This document shows, piece after piece, positions 34,001-43,428 of a DNA stretch of 64,000 nucleotides. The DNA lies in assembly GCF_056712565.1 (NCBI RefSeq), contig NZ_CM160072.1; one strand, written 5' to 3'. Made by a program: the position numbers and the translations under genes. The number at the start of each line of letters is the position of its first letter. Position 1 is the first letter of the stretch. The notes beneath the pieces are model-generated. The model did not search any database. It was not told the DNA's origin and was given only the letters and a program-made list of their open reading frames with translations.

Positions 34001-34993
34001 TTAGCGCGGCGGATTGAGCACATCGCTCATCTGCGCATCGCTTAACGTCAGGCCAAAGAACTGCCGATAAAACTCACGCGTCTCTTTGCGTATATCCACA
34101 TCAGCAAATCGCGCAGGATAAAGCGTTTTCGCCAGCCACAAAAATTGCAGCGCCTCTTCGCTGGTTTCACGGCACCACCAGAACATTCCTTTCGGATTAA
34201 CGTAAACGCGATGATGAATGACCGCGTCCACGCTTGCCCACTGCGGAGAACTCAGAATGGCATCCGCGTCGCGCTTGTTCATCGCGATGATAACCGCCGG
34301 ATTGGCAGTGACAATTTTCTCCAGCGCGACTTCACCCGAACGATTTTGTTGATGCTCGCCAAACCAATTTTCAGCGATATTTTTGCCGCCGGCCAGGTCA
34401 ATCCAGTCCTGGTTTAGCGAGGGTCTACCGGTGGTGGTCAGCGGATTGCCCATACTGTGATAGAGCGACACGCGCTGTGACGCAGGAAGATCTTTCAGGC
34501 GCCCGGTGACCAGGGCCACGTTGCGATCGAAGTAGCGTTGATAGGCGAGCGCTTTTTGCTGCGCATCGGGCCCCAGCACCGCTGCCGTTTGCTGTACGCG
34601 CTGCGTTAACGCCCGCAGTGAATTCGCCTCAAACGCCAGCACCTGCACCCCAGCCTGTTTCAGCAACGCCTGTTGAGGCACTACCATATTCTGCGGTACA
34701 AAAAGCATATCGACCCCCAGCGCGATAATCTGTTCGGGATTGATTTCATGCCCGCTGTTTACGCTAACTGCTGCGACTTTCTCTATGCGCGGCAGGCTCT
34801 GGCGAAACAGGGGGATCCTTTTTGCAATCATCGAGGTTCCGACAATGTTATCGCCGTACCCCAGCATGGCAATAATGGTATTTTGCGCCGGCCACGGTGA
34901 CGCGATACGCACCTCCTTGTGCGTATTTTCTGCGTGCAGGCTGGCCGCCAGCAGCAGCGCCAGCAGCGGAAATAAACGGGAGAGTTTCATCAT
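34001..34993 (-). CDS. periplasmic iron-complex binding protein (ABC substrate-binding, class III)
   Basis: Signal peptide MMKLSRLFPLLALLLAASLHA; length and position between receptor and permease. Confidence 0.75.
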   Translation of the reverse strand: MMKLSRLFPLLALLLAASLHAENTHKEVRIASPWPAQNTIIAMLGYGDNIVGTSMIAKRIPLFRQSLPRIEKVAAVSVNSGHEINPEQIIALGVDMLFVPQNMVVPQQALLKQAGVQVLAFEANSLRALTQRVQQTAAVLGPDAQQKALAYQRYFDRNVALVTGRLKDLPASQRVSLYHSMGNPLTTTGRPSLNQDWIDLAGGKNIAENWFGEHQQNRSGEVALEKIVTANPAVIIAMNKRDADAILSSPQWASVDAVIHHRVYVNPKGMFWWCRETSEEALQFLWLAKTLYPARFADVDIRKETREFYRQFFGLTLSDAQMSDVLNPPR

Positions 34994-35000
34994 TTATCCA

Positions 35001-37166
35001 TCAGAAATCGAAGGTGACGGATGCACGCACTTCGCGGCCGCCGCCGATAAACGCACTTGGGGAACCGTTATCGCCATCGGTACCCGATGGGAAGATAGAA
35101 GCCCAGTAATGTTTATCAAACACGTTGTTTACCACCACGCGGAAAGTGGTTGGGACGTTGCTCACTTTCGTGGTGTAACGCGTTCCCAAATCCCATGTGG
35201 TATAGCTGCTGGCGTAAGAGGTGTTGGTATCGTTCGCCGCGCGTTTGCCCGTATAATGGACGTTAGCGCTGTAAACCCATTCCGGTATGGACGGCAAACT
35301 GTATTCCGCCAACAGATTGGCCTGCACTTTCGGCACGCCGACAACCTGTTTATTGCTGGTTGAGGCATTCGCCGTATCTTTCAGTTTCGGGTCGAGGAAG
35401 GTCACGCCGCTGTAAATATTCAGCCCCTGCCACACATTCCCGGCAGCGGTTAACTCAAGGCCGTTGTTAACCTGGTTACCCTGCTCTTTATACACGTTAT
35501 CCGTATCAAGATAGGCAAACGGACGTTCCAGTCGGAACAGCGCGGCGCCTAGATTCATCTCGCCGATGTCCGATTTTAGCCCCACTTCATACTGCTTGCT
35601 GCGATACGGGTTTAGCGTTTGACCGGCATTTTTTACGCTCTCATCCGTCGGTGCGGTACCGCCCTGCTCCAGCGAATCGGCATAGCTAACGTAGGCCATT
35701 GTGTTAGGGGTAATTTTATACATCAGCGCGGCGTTCGGACTTAAACCATTTTCATCAACCTGGTTCGTTTGATTACCGTGCTTATCGTAGTTTTTAGTCT
35801 GCAGCCAGCTCTGGCTGAGATAGAACATTGCCGACCACTGCGGCGTAAATGTCACCGTATCGCCGAGCGTAACGCTCTGCTGAGTATTTACGCTGGAGCG
35901 GTATCGCGGCCCGCCGGTGCGGATTTTGCCATCGCCCTGCTCATCTATCGCATCCGGGTGATACATATTTGTTGTACCCCAGCTATAGCTGGAACCTGTT
36001 CCTTTGGCACTATAAAGCGACCAGACATATCCCGTGGTAGAAAGTGACAGATCGTGGCCGATAGAGCCGGTATCAATATGACCATTCAGCCCGGCGGTGT
36101 TGCTCAGGACGCGAAAACGTCCGGCAGCGGTGGAATCCTTCATCGAACGAGAGATATCGCCCTGATTGTTGAGTATTTTACTGGAAACACTACGCATCGC
36201 GCGGTCAGCCTGCTGCCAGCCCACGCCAGCGTTCATGGACCAGTCGTCGTTAAAGTAGTGGATCAGGCGAGTGCTGATGGTATCGGTAGTGAGGTCGTTG
36301 CCCGCAGTGCTGAGCGCCAGATTTTTGTCCTTCGGATTCGGCGCAGACGGCAGTTTGACGTTCGGCCCATAGTTAAAGCTACCGACATAGCCTTTCTGGA
36401 TAAATTCGTAATGGCTGGCGTCGAGCTGTAGCTGAGTGCCCGGCTGAATATTCCAGTCGAGCGCAACGGAAACGAGTTTGCGACGCAGCGTGCTGTCATC
36501 CACATTGCCTTCCCCTTCCTGATCAAGCAGGTTCACGCGATAGCCAAACCGTTTGTTTTCATCAAAATGGCCACCCAGATCGGCATGGCCGGTAAACGCA
36601 CTGCGGCTTTGATAGCCCAGCGTCACTTTACGCAGCGTCTCTTCGGTTGGGCGCTTCGCCACGAAATTAAACTGCCCTGCTGGGCTCGCCGGGCCGTACA
36701 GCGCGCCGGTCAAACTGTTAAGCACATCCATGCGCTCAAGCATTTCCACCGGAAACGCGGTTGTTGAAACGATATTCAGCCCGTCCAGACGGCTGTTGGC
36801 CACCACGCTGCCCTGCATCCCCCGACTTTGCGGACGCCCGACATCCATTCCACCGCGCGCCTGCATTTGCGTACTGGGAGAGTATTTCAGCATCTCGCTG
36901 ACGCTTTGCGCCTGCTGATTTTCAATCATCTCTTTAGTAACAGTGGTGCTGGAATATGGTGTTTCGATCCAGGATTTCGTTCCCAGCGGGCCGACATCTA
37001 TATCGTTCGTTTTGAAACCGGCACCGGCGGCAGAATCGGTGGTGTCGGCGGCGGTGTTGCCCGTGACAATCATTTCATCTTCAGAAGTAGACGAGGCATG
37101 AGCATGAAGCGGTATGAAAGACGCTAATGCTGGCAAAAGCGCAGCGAAAGTTATTTGAGTTTTCAT
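35001..37166 (-). CDS. TonB-dependent outer-membrane siderophore/iron-complex receptor
   Basis: 721 aa; signal peptide, plug domain, C-terminal barrel ending in F; first gene of the four-gene uptake operon. Confidence 0.8.
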   Translation of the reverse strand: MKTQITFAALLPALASFIPLHAHASSTSEDEMIVTGNTAADTTDSAAGAGFKTNDIDVGPLGTKSWIETPYSSTTVTKEMIENQQAQSVSEMLKYSPSTQMQARGGMDVGRPQSRGMQGSVVANSRLDGLNIVSTTAFPVEMLERMDVLNSLTGALYGPASPAGQFNFVAKRPTEETLRKVTLGYQSRSAFTGHADLGGHFDENKRFGYRVNLLDQEGEGNVDDSTLRRKLVSVALDWNIQPGTQLQLDASHYEFIQKGYVGSFNYGPNVKLPSAPNPKDKNLALSTAGNDLTTDTISTRLIHYFNDDWSMNAGVGWQQADRAMRSVSSKILNNQGDISRSMKDSTAAGRFRVLSNTAGLNGHIDTGSIGHDLSLSTTGYVWSLYSAKGTGSSYSWGTTNMYHPDAIDEQGDGKIRTGGPRYRSSVNTQQSVTLGDTVTFTPQWSAMFYLSQSWLQTKNYDKHGNQTNQVDENGLSPNAALMYKITPNTMAYVSYADSLEQGGTAPTDESVKNAGQTLNPYRSKQYEVGLKSDIGEMNLGAALFRLERPFAYLDTDNVYKEQGNQVNNGLELTAAGNVWQGLNIYSGVTFLDPKLKDTANASTSNKQVVGVPKVQANLLAEYSLPSIPEWVYSANVHYTGKRAANDTNTSYASSYTTWDLGTRYTTKVSNVPTTFRVVVNNVFDKHYWASIFPSGTDGDNGSPSAFIGGGREVRASVTFDF

Positions 37167-37594
37167 GAATCACTGATCGTTATGTAAATATTTATATTAC
37201 GATCGGTGCATAGGCAAAATTATGATCCAGATCACACGTGAATGTAAGTTATTTACAAATTACGCTAACCTTCTGTCTCCGCTCTTTGCAGCATAAAAGT
37301 ATGGCGGCGCGTTGTTGAAAGCAGGAGCGGCCGGGTTGTCAGAAAGCTGGTTTGGACGCAAGTAATATATAACAACTCTGATTACCGCATACTGTCAGGA
37401 CAGTATCTACTTGAGCGTCCGCCTTTGGCACAAAGCGGACTGTCAGATTAGATTCAGACCTGTACTCATTAGCTGATACAAATCAGCCACATATACCTGC
37501 ATTCAAAATAATTTCAGAAAGATATTATCTCCGTGAATCCCCCGCCACCTTTCCGGTGCACGGGGTTTTGTCTTTTTTCACTGGGAATACATGT

Positions 37595-38029
37595 ATGAAT
37601 CCGTCTGATGCCATTGAGGCAATTGAAAAACCGCTCTCCTCCCTGCCTTACCCGATTTCCCGTCACATCCTGGAACATCTGCGCAAACTCACCCGTCACG
37701 AACCCGTGCCTGGCATTATGGGTAAAAGCGGGGCCGGTAAATCCTCACTCTGTAATGCACTGTTTCAGGGGGAGGTCACCCCGGTCAGTGCACTCATGAC
37801 AGTGCTTCCCGGACATGCCGCCATCCATCTGATGACACGCCTGCAGGACGAACTGCGCACGGAGTCTGTCCGCACTCAGACCCGTGAACAGTTTACCGGT
37901 GCGGTGGACCGGATATTTGACACGGCGGAGAGTGTCTGCATTGCCTCTGTTGCACGCACGGTTCTGCGCGCCGTCCGTGACTCGGTGGTCTCTGTTGCCC
38001 GCGCGGTATGGAACTGGATTTTCTTCTGA
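37595..38029 (+). pseudogene. yeeP: yeeP/yfjP-type prophage GTPase with an internal in-frame deletion of the GTPase core
   Basis: N-terminus with P-loop GIMGKSGAGKSSLCNALFQGEV and C-terminal tail ...VSVARAVWNWIFF are present, but the G3-G5 region is missing (145 aa instead of about 290). Confidence 0.55.
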
Positions 38030-38116
38030 ACCCGGTGGTGATGTACCAGGCTGTTGTTACAGATTTTTAACTCCATGAAAACACTATGCAAACGCAGCCA
38101 TACCCGGGGTGTCCCC

Positions 38117-38145
38117 TTGCGTTGTGTTCCTCAAGTTAATAGAAT
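38117..38145 (+). promoter_or_regulatory. candidate sigma70 promoter (-35 TTGCGT, 17-bp spacer, -10 TAGAAT) for the dynamin-like operon
   Basis: Hexamers read in sequence at 38117..38122 and 38140..38145. Confidence 0.45.
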
Positions 38146-38147
38146 AC

Positions 38148-38190
38148 ATCGATCGTTACTATTATATTGATCGTTATAAACGATCGTTTG
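38148..38190 (+). promoter_or_regulatory. cluster of three GATC (Dam) sites including the palindrome GATCGTTATAAACGATC, immediately downstream of the candidate -10
   Basis: GATC at 38151, 38169 and 38182; perfect palindrome at 38169..38185. Confidence 0.5.
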
Positions 38191-38246
38191 TAGTAAATGA
38201 CCTCCTCCGTGGTTGTCATGAAAATGCGTCTCAGGAAGGTTAAATA

Positions 38247-40631
38247 ATGCACGAAAAGAACATCGCCCTGCTTTGTGATGAAGCCGACCGACTTTTGCAA
38301 CTGAACATTAATCTGCTCCGGCAAATGGTTGAGGAGCCAGATGTGTTATCTGACAGTAAGAACGAAAACAGACTGCTTTTTGATAAACAGAAAGCACTGA
38401 AAAGAATTGAGGAGCTGGAGGGCGAACAAATCAAAACCGCCCGCAGGGAGATGGTGCTGGCTGTTGTCGGCACGATGAAAGCAGGCAAATCAACCACCAT
38501 CAACGCCATTGTGGGGCAGGAAATTCTGCCTAACCGTAACCGCCCCATGACCTCTGTACCGACGCTCATCCGCCACGTTCCCGGAAAAACTGAGCCGGTT
38601 CTCCATCTGGAACATATTCAGCCTGTCCGCAATTTATTAATCACACTGCAGGAAAAACTCGCCACCCCGGCAGGACAGCAGGTCGCACAGACCCTGCAGC
38701 AAACCGGGGATACCCGCGAACTGCTGGATATTCTGACGGATGATGGCTGGCTCAAAAATGAATACCACGGGGAGGAGGAAATCTTTACCGGACTGGCATC
38801 GTTAAACGATCTGGTTCGTCTTGCTGCGGCAATGGAGACTGAATTTCCTTTTGATGAATACGCAGAAGTGCAGAAACTGCCGGTGATCGACGTGGAATTC
38901 AGCCATCTGGTGGGGATGGATGCATGCCAGGGAACACTCACACTGCTGGATACCCCCGGCCCTAATGAGGCCGGACAACCGCAGATGGAAGTGATGATGC
39001 GGGATCAACTGCAGAAAGCCTCTGCGGTTCTGGCTGTGATGGATTACACCCAGATGAACTCAAAAGCGGATGAAGACGTCCGTAAAGAGCTTAATGCCAT
39101 TGCTGACGTATCAGCCGGCCGCCTGTTTGTACTGGTCAATAAATTTGATGAGAAAGACCGCAATGGCGATGGGGCAGATGCCGTACGCCAGAAAGTTCCG
39201 GCAATGCTGAACAGCGATGTGCTGCCCGCCTCCCGCGTTTATCCCGGATCCTCACGCCAGGCATACCTGGCTAACCGTGCGCTTCATGAGTTACGGAAAA
39301 ACGGAACCCTTCCTGTTGATGAAGCCTGGGTCGATGATTTTGTCAGGGAAGCCTTCGGTCGCATGAAAAAAGATTACGTCTGTAAAGACAGCGAACTGGC
39401 AACTGAAGGGGCGACAGACCTGTGGGAATGCTCACTTATCGATCAACTGATAACGGAAGTCATACTGAGTTCACACTCCAGAGCTGCGGCACTGGCGGTT
39501 GATTCTGCCGCCGCAAAACTGATGCAGAATGCAGAAAATATCAGTGAATACCTGTCGTTACGCCATCAGGGGCTGATGCAAAGTATTCAGTCACTGCAGG
39601 CGCATATCACCAGCCTGCTTGAGGATATCCGGGAAATAGCAGACTGTCAGGAGCAGGTGACCGCTGATGTCAGAATGGCCATGGAGGAGATCGATGCCAG
39701 AACCCGGGAATTACTGACGGGGGTCTGCACCTCACTGGAAGAGGAGCTGAATGACTATTTCAGAAGCGGTAAACGCAAAGAACAGCAAATGCTGGAGGAA
39801 GAAAATTCAGCGCAGCCCCGGGAGAGAAACGCATTCGCTTTCTTTCACGATATTTTCGGAACCGGAAATCAGCATGACAGGATGCGGGACTTTGATCCCG
39901 ACAGCCCCGAAATAAAATTCAGTGATCGCAGGGAAGCCCTTGAACTGATGACGCAAATCGAATCGACCGTGACCAGCCTGCACCGTGAGGCTGAAGCACA
40001 GTTCCGGCCTGAGCTGGAGAAAATCGTCAGCGGGATTGAAACAGGTTTTCGTGGCACGGCCCTGTACGCCACAGAAAACATTGCCGGTCGCATCAATACC
40101 CGCCTGGAGGATGAGGGCTTTACCGTAAAAATCAGTTTTCCGGCAGTCAGTCAGTTACAAACCCGGCTCGCGGTAAAAACAAATCTGAGTGCGCTTATGG
40201 AGGAAAGAACGGAGACCGTCACCCGTCGCCGTCGGCAGAGTGGTTTATGGGGAAAGATTTGTGGAGCGTTTGGCACCAGTGACTGGGGCTGGGAAACCTA
40301 TAAAGAGGATGTGAGCCGCAGTGTTATCAATATCAACACCGTCAGGAAGGAAGTTATGTCACTGACCCGGGCATATTTCGGGGAGCTGCAGGCATCCATT
40401 GAGCAGGATATTAACCAGCCCGTCCGCCAGGAAATCGATGCCTTTTTCTGCGCATTCAGGGAGAAAGTTGAACAACTGCGTAACACGCTGATTCAGAGCT
40501 CTGAAGATCATAAACGCGATCAGCAGGCACAGGAACGGCTTACCAGGCGACTTCAGGCATTAAATGAAAGGGTTCCTGAGCTCATTACTGACAGTAAGGC
40601 GCTGAGGGAAGAGCTGGAGACAATGCTGTGA
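38247..40631 (+). CDS. bacterial dynamin-like large GTPase (CrfC/YjdA-type)
   Basis: 794 aa; G1 GTMKAGKSTTINAIVG, G3 LLDTPGPNE, G4 LVNKFDEKD, long coiled-coil C-terminal half; RBS aggaagg 8 nt before ATG. Confidence 0.8.
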   Translation: MHEKNIALLCDEADRLLQLNINLLRQMVEEPDVLSDSKNENRLLFDKQKALKRIEELEGEQIKTARREMVLAVVGTMKAGKSTTINAIVGQEILPNRNRPMTSVPTLIRHVPGKTEPVLHLEHIQPVRNLLITLQEKLATPAGQQVAQTLQQTGDTRELLDILTDDGWLKNEYHGEEEIFTGLASLNDLVRLAAAMETEFPFDEYAEVQKLPVIDVEFSHLVGMDACQGTLTLLDTPGPNEAGQPQMEVMMRDQLQKASAVLAVMDYTQMNSKADEDVRKELNAIADVSAGRLFVLVNKFDEKDRNGDGADAVRQKVPAMLNSDVLPASRVYPGSSRQAYLANRALHELRKNGTLPVDEAWVDDFVREAFGRMKKDYVCKDSELATEGATDLWECSLIDQLITEVILSSHSRAAALAVDSAAAKLMQNAENISEYLSLRHQGLMQSIQSLQAHITSLLEDIREIADCQEQVTADVRMAMEEIDARTRELLTGVCTSLEEELNDYFRSGKRKEQQMLEEENSAQPRERNAFAFFHDIFGTGNQHDRMRDFDPDSPEIKFSDRREALELMTQIESTVTSLHREAEAQFRPELEKIVSGIETGFRGTALYATENIAGRINTRLEDEGFTVKISFPAVSQLQTRLAVKTNLSALMEERTETVTRRRRQSGLWGKICGAFGTSDWGWETYKEDVSRSVININTVRKEVMSLTRAYFGELQASIEQDINQPVRQEIDAFFCAFREKVEQLRNTLIQSSEDHKRDQQAQERLTRRLQALNERVPELITDSKALREELETML

Positions 40632-41533
40632 CTTCACCATTTATTCAACAAATTGCTGATAACCGGGTATGTCAGGTACTCACCTGTCTTCCTGAAAAAT
40701 TTGTGGTTGATTTCGCAAACGGAATCGATGTTGCACAGGAGCATATCCGCACGGCCGGAGAGCGCACGTTCTTCCGGCGTTTAAAAGAGGGACTGACCGG
40801 CGAAGGCGCTGCACGGCAGAATGCCATCAATGCTTCGGTTGCACAGGGCCTTGAGGCGTCCCTGCGCTGGCTGACGGAGCTGACAACGTCACTTGCCACC
40901 ACAAACTACGCGATTACCCGGGTAAACGACAGGGTCAGTTCACTGGTCAGTGATACTGCCAGGCTGGCGCATTATTCCGCAGATACACGGGAGCAGTTAC
41001 TCATCCTGGCCGATCAGGTTCACCATAAACTGAATCATCTTGAAGAAAAACTCCACCGTGTTGACCAGGTTCAGCGGGCGCAGTTACATCTTGAGCAGAT
41101 ATTCTCATGGTGGAGCGCCGGGCGATATGCGTCATTTTCCCCTGCCGGACGTTGTTATGTGGCGCTTGAAGAGCTTCGCTGGGGCGCGTTTGGTGATGTG
41201 ATACGTCAGGGCGAAACAGGCCAGGTTAACCAGCTACTGGATATTCTCAGACATAAAGCATTAACGCAGATGGCACAGGAGAGTGGCGGTAGTGCAACCG
41301 TGCGTCTGAACACTCTGGACTGGCTTGGTGGTCAGGGCCGGGAGCAGGCAGATAACGAGTGGCATGACGCGATTAACTGGCTGGGAGACTGGTGCAGTGA
41401 AGAGCAGCATCCGGTGATCTGGTCAACCACGCAGGCTGCAGAACACTTACCGGTTCGCATGCCTCGCCTCTGCTCTGCAGAACGCCTCTCTGAAAGTATG
41501 GTCGATGAAATATTTCAGAAGGGGGCTGCATGA
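40628..41533 (+). CDS. dynamin-associated partner protein (possibly YjcZ-like), function unknown
   Basis: 301 aa; GTG start overlapping the dynamin stop (GTGA overlap), implying translational coupling. Confidence 0.55.
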   Translation: MTSPFIQQIADNRVCQVLTCLPEKFVVDFANGIDVAQEHIRTAGERTFFRRLKEGLTGEGAARQNAINASVAQGLEASLRWLTELTTSLATTNYAITRVNDRVSSLVSDTARLAHYSADTREQLLILADQVHHKLNHLEEKLHRVDQVQRAQLHLEQIFSWWSAGRYASFSPAGRCYVALEELRWGAFGDVIRQGETGQVNQLLDILRHKALTQMAQESGGSATVRLNTLDWLGGQGREQADNEWHDAINWLGDWCSEEQHPVIWSTTQAAEHLPVRMPRLCSAERLSESMVDEIFQKGAA

Positions 41534-42600
41534 GTACAGAAATGAAAACGGGGCTGGTGCTGTCCGGTGGCGGGGCGGTGGGCGCTTATCAGGCGGGAGT
41601 GGTTAAGGCACTGGCAGAGTGTGGTACACAGATCAGCATGGTTTCAGGGGCCAGCATTGGCGCATTCAATGGTGCCATTATCGCGGCCTCTCCCGATCTG
41701 TCAGAAGCTGCCGTACGCCTGGAGGCGCTCTGGGATCATCTGGGGAATAATCAGGTGCTGTCGGTAAACCGATTGGTTTACTTTTCATTGCTGAAAAAAT
41801 TGTTCCAGGCAATGAACCTCTGCCAGATCCCCGGACGTGCAGGAGCACTGCTTACGACGCTTCTTCGCCATATATCGATACTCAACGGGTTTGACAATCT
41901 GATGGCTCAGCCGTTGTTGTCAGATGAGCCCCTGACAGCGCTGTTGGATCATTATCTTGATACTGATGCTCTGGCAGACGGGCTACCGCTGTATGTGTCG
42001 CTGTACCCCACAGAAGGGGGCATGCAGGATATTATTGACTGCATTCGTGCTGAACTGGGTGCCGGAACCACGAAAAACGCCGTTTTTCAGCATATCCAGA
42101 GCCTGCCCCGCGGACAGCAGAAAGAGGCTCTGCTTGCGTCAGCCGCGCTGCCCCTGCTGTTCCGTCCCCGTGAGGTTCAGGGGACAATGTTCGGTGATGG
42201 TGGTATGGGAGGATGGCGAAATATGCAGGGAAATACCCCTGTGACGCCTCTGGTCGATGCCGGATGCAATATGGTGATTGTGACGCATCTGAGTGACGGT
42301 TCTTTATGGGATCGCCAGGCTTTTCCGGACACCACAATCCTTGAGATCCGTCCCCGGAAAAGGCTGAAATATGCAGGTGATGGTGACAACAGCGGCGGTC
42401 TGCTCAGTTTCACGTTGGCACATACCGACGCCTGGCGTCAGCAGGGCTATGAAGACACGATGCTGACGATGGAGCATATCCGGAAACCGCTGGCAGCACG
42501 TCAGGTACTGTCCCGGTCAGAAACGGTGTTGCAGAAAAGTCTGGAGATAACGGAAGAGGCAGATTTGGCACTGAGAAACGCGATGGCCCGGATTAAATAA
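41530..42600 (+). CDS. patatin-like phospholipase
   Basis: 356 aa; glycine-rich oxyanion loop LSGGGAVGAYQAG, nucleophile elbow GASIG (GxSxG), catalytic-Asp DGG motif (FGDGGMGG); ATGA overlap with the preceding gene. Confidence 0.8.
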   Translation: MSTEMKTGLVLSGGGAVGAYQAGVVKALAECGTQISMVSGASIGAFNGAIIAASPDLSEAAVRLEALWDHLGNNQVLSVNRLVYFSLLKKLFQAMNLCQIPGRAGALLTTLLRHISILNGFDNLMAQPLLSDEPLTALLDHYLDTDALADGLPLYVSLYPTEGGMQDIIDCIRAELGAGTTKNAVFQHIQSLPRGQQKEALLASAALPLLFRPREVQGTMFGDGGMGGWRNMQGNTPVTPLVDAGCNMVIVTHLSDGSLWDRQAFPDTTILEIRPRKRLKYAGDGDNSGGLLSFTLAHTDAWRQQGYEDTMLTMEHIRKPLAARQVLSRSETVLQKSLEITEEADLALRNAMARIK

Positions 42601-42617
42601 AGACGCCCCAAAGAAAC

Positions 42618-42641
42618 GCCACCGCCTGTGGTGGTGTTTTT
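42618..42641 (+). terminator. rho-independent terminator after the patatin gene
   Basis: Hairpin gccaccgcctgtggtggtg followed by ttttt. Confidence 0.55.
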
Positions 42642-42930
42642 CCTGGCTGGTGTTATTGAAAATATTTTCAGATATATATTACCTGAGAGAAAGTTTTACC
42701 CCTCACCTGTCAATTCACTCACTGGAAATTTAATTATGCAATTACCTGTAAAGTTATTAATGAGCCTTATATCTCTGGTCAGCGTTATTGCACGTGCCGG
42801 GAAATATAAAAATTACATCCGGGATGAAATAAAATACTGGCGATATACATCATACAAGGGGGGGGAATTTCCGGAAGGTTTCACTGATGAGAAATTTTCC
42901 AGCGCCATTTACAACGGAAGAATATTTACA

Positions 42931-43413
42931 ATGAAACGTTTACATACCCTGATGTTATTTCTGGCGGTTCTGTTTACTGGCTTTAACGTGGAAGCAGCGA
43001 GCGTGAAACAAGCGCTCAGCTGCGACCCAAACGCCCGGGCTGAACAACCTGGAGCGTGTCCAACAACGTACGAGTTGTACGAAGGTGACGCTGCCTACAA
43101 AGCTGCGCTTGACAAAGCATTAAAACCGGTCGGACTGAGCGGCATGTTCGGTAAAGGCGGGTATATGGATGGCCCTGGCGGAAACGTAACGCCAGTAACC
43201 ATTAACGGTACAGTCTGGCTCCAGGGCGACGGTTGCAAAGCCAATACCTGCGGCTGGGACTTTATCGTAACACTCTATAACCCAAAAACCCATGAAGTCG
43301 TTGGCTACCGCTACTTTGGTTTAGATGACCCGGCCTACCTGGTTTGGTTCGGCGAAATTGGCGTGCATGAATTCGCGTATCTGGTGAAAAACTACGTAGC
43401 TGCGGTTAACTAA
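42931..43413 (+). CDS. secreted protein, possibly Ivy-like (inhibitor of vertebrate lysozyme) fold
   Basis: Signal peptide MKRLHTLMLFLAVLFTGFNVEA; Cys pair in GDGCKANTCGWDF reminiscent of the Ivy CKPHDCG loop; assignment tentative. Confidence 0.4.
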   Translation: MKRLHTLMLFLAVLFTGFNVEAASVKQALSCDPNARAEQPGACPTTYELYEGDAAYKAALDKALKPVGLSGMFGKGGYMDGPGGNVTPVTINGTVWLQGDGCKANTCGWDFIVTLYNPKTHEVVGYRYFGLDDPAYLVWFGEIGVHEFAYLVKNYVAAVN

Positions 43414-43428
43414 TTTAAGGAGTCTGTC

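Noticed and set aside
37167-37500. Looked for a Fur box upstream of the second TonB-dependent receptor (minus strand)
   Set aside because: Only weak partial matches (for example aaattatgatccagatc); nothing comparable to the clear Fur box at 1838..1856.
38247-40631. Considered whether the large GTPase is simply a longer yeeP/yfjP-type prophage GTPase
   Set aside because: It has dynamin-type G1/G3/G4 motifs, a ~790-aa length and long coiled-coil C-terminal region, unlike the ~290-aa yeeP family; the true yeeP remnant is the separate upstream ORF 37595..38029.
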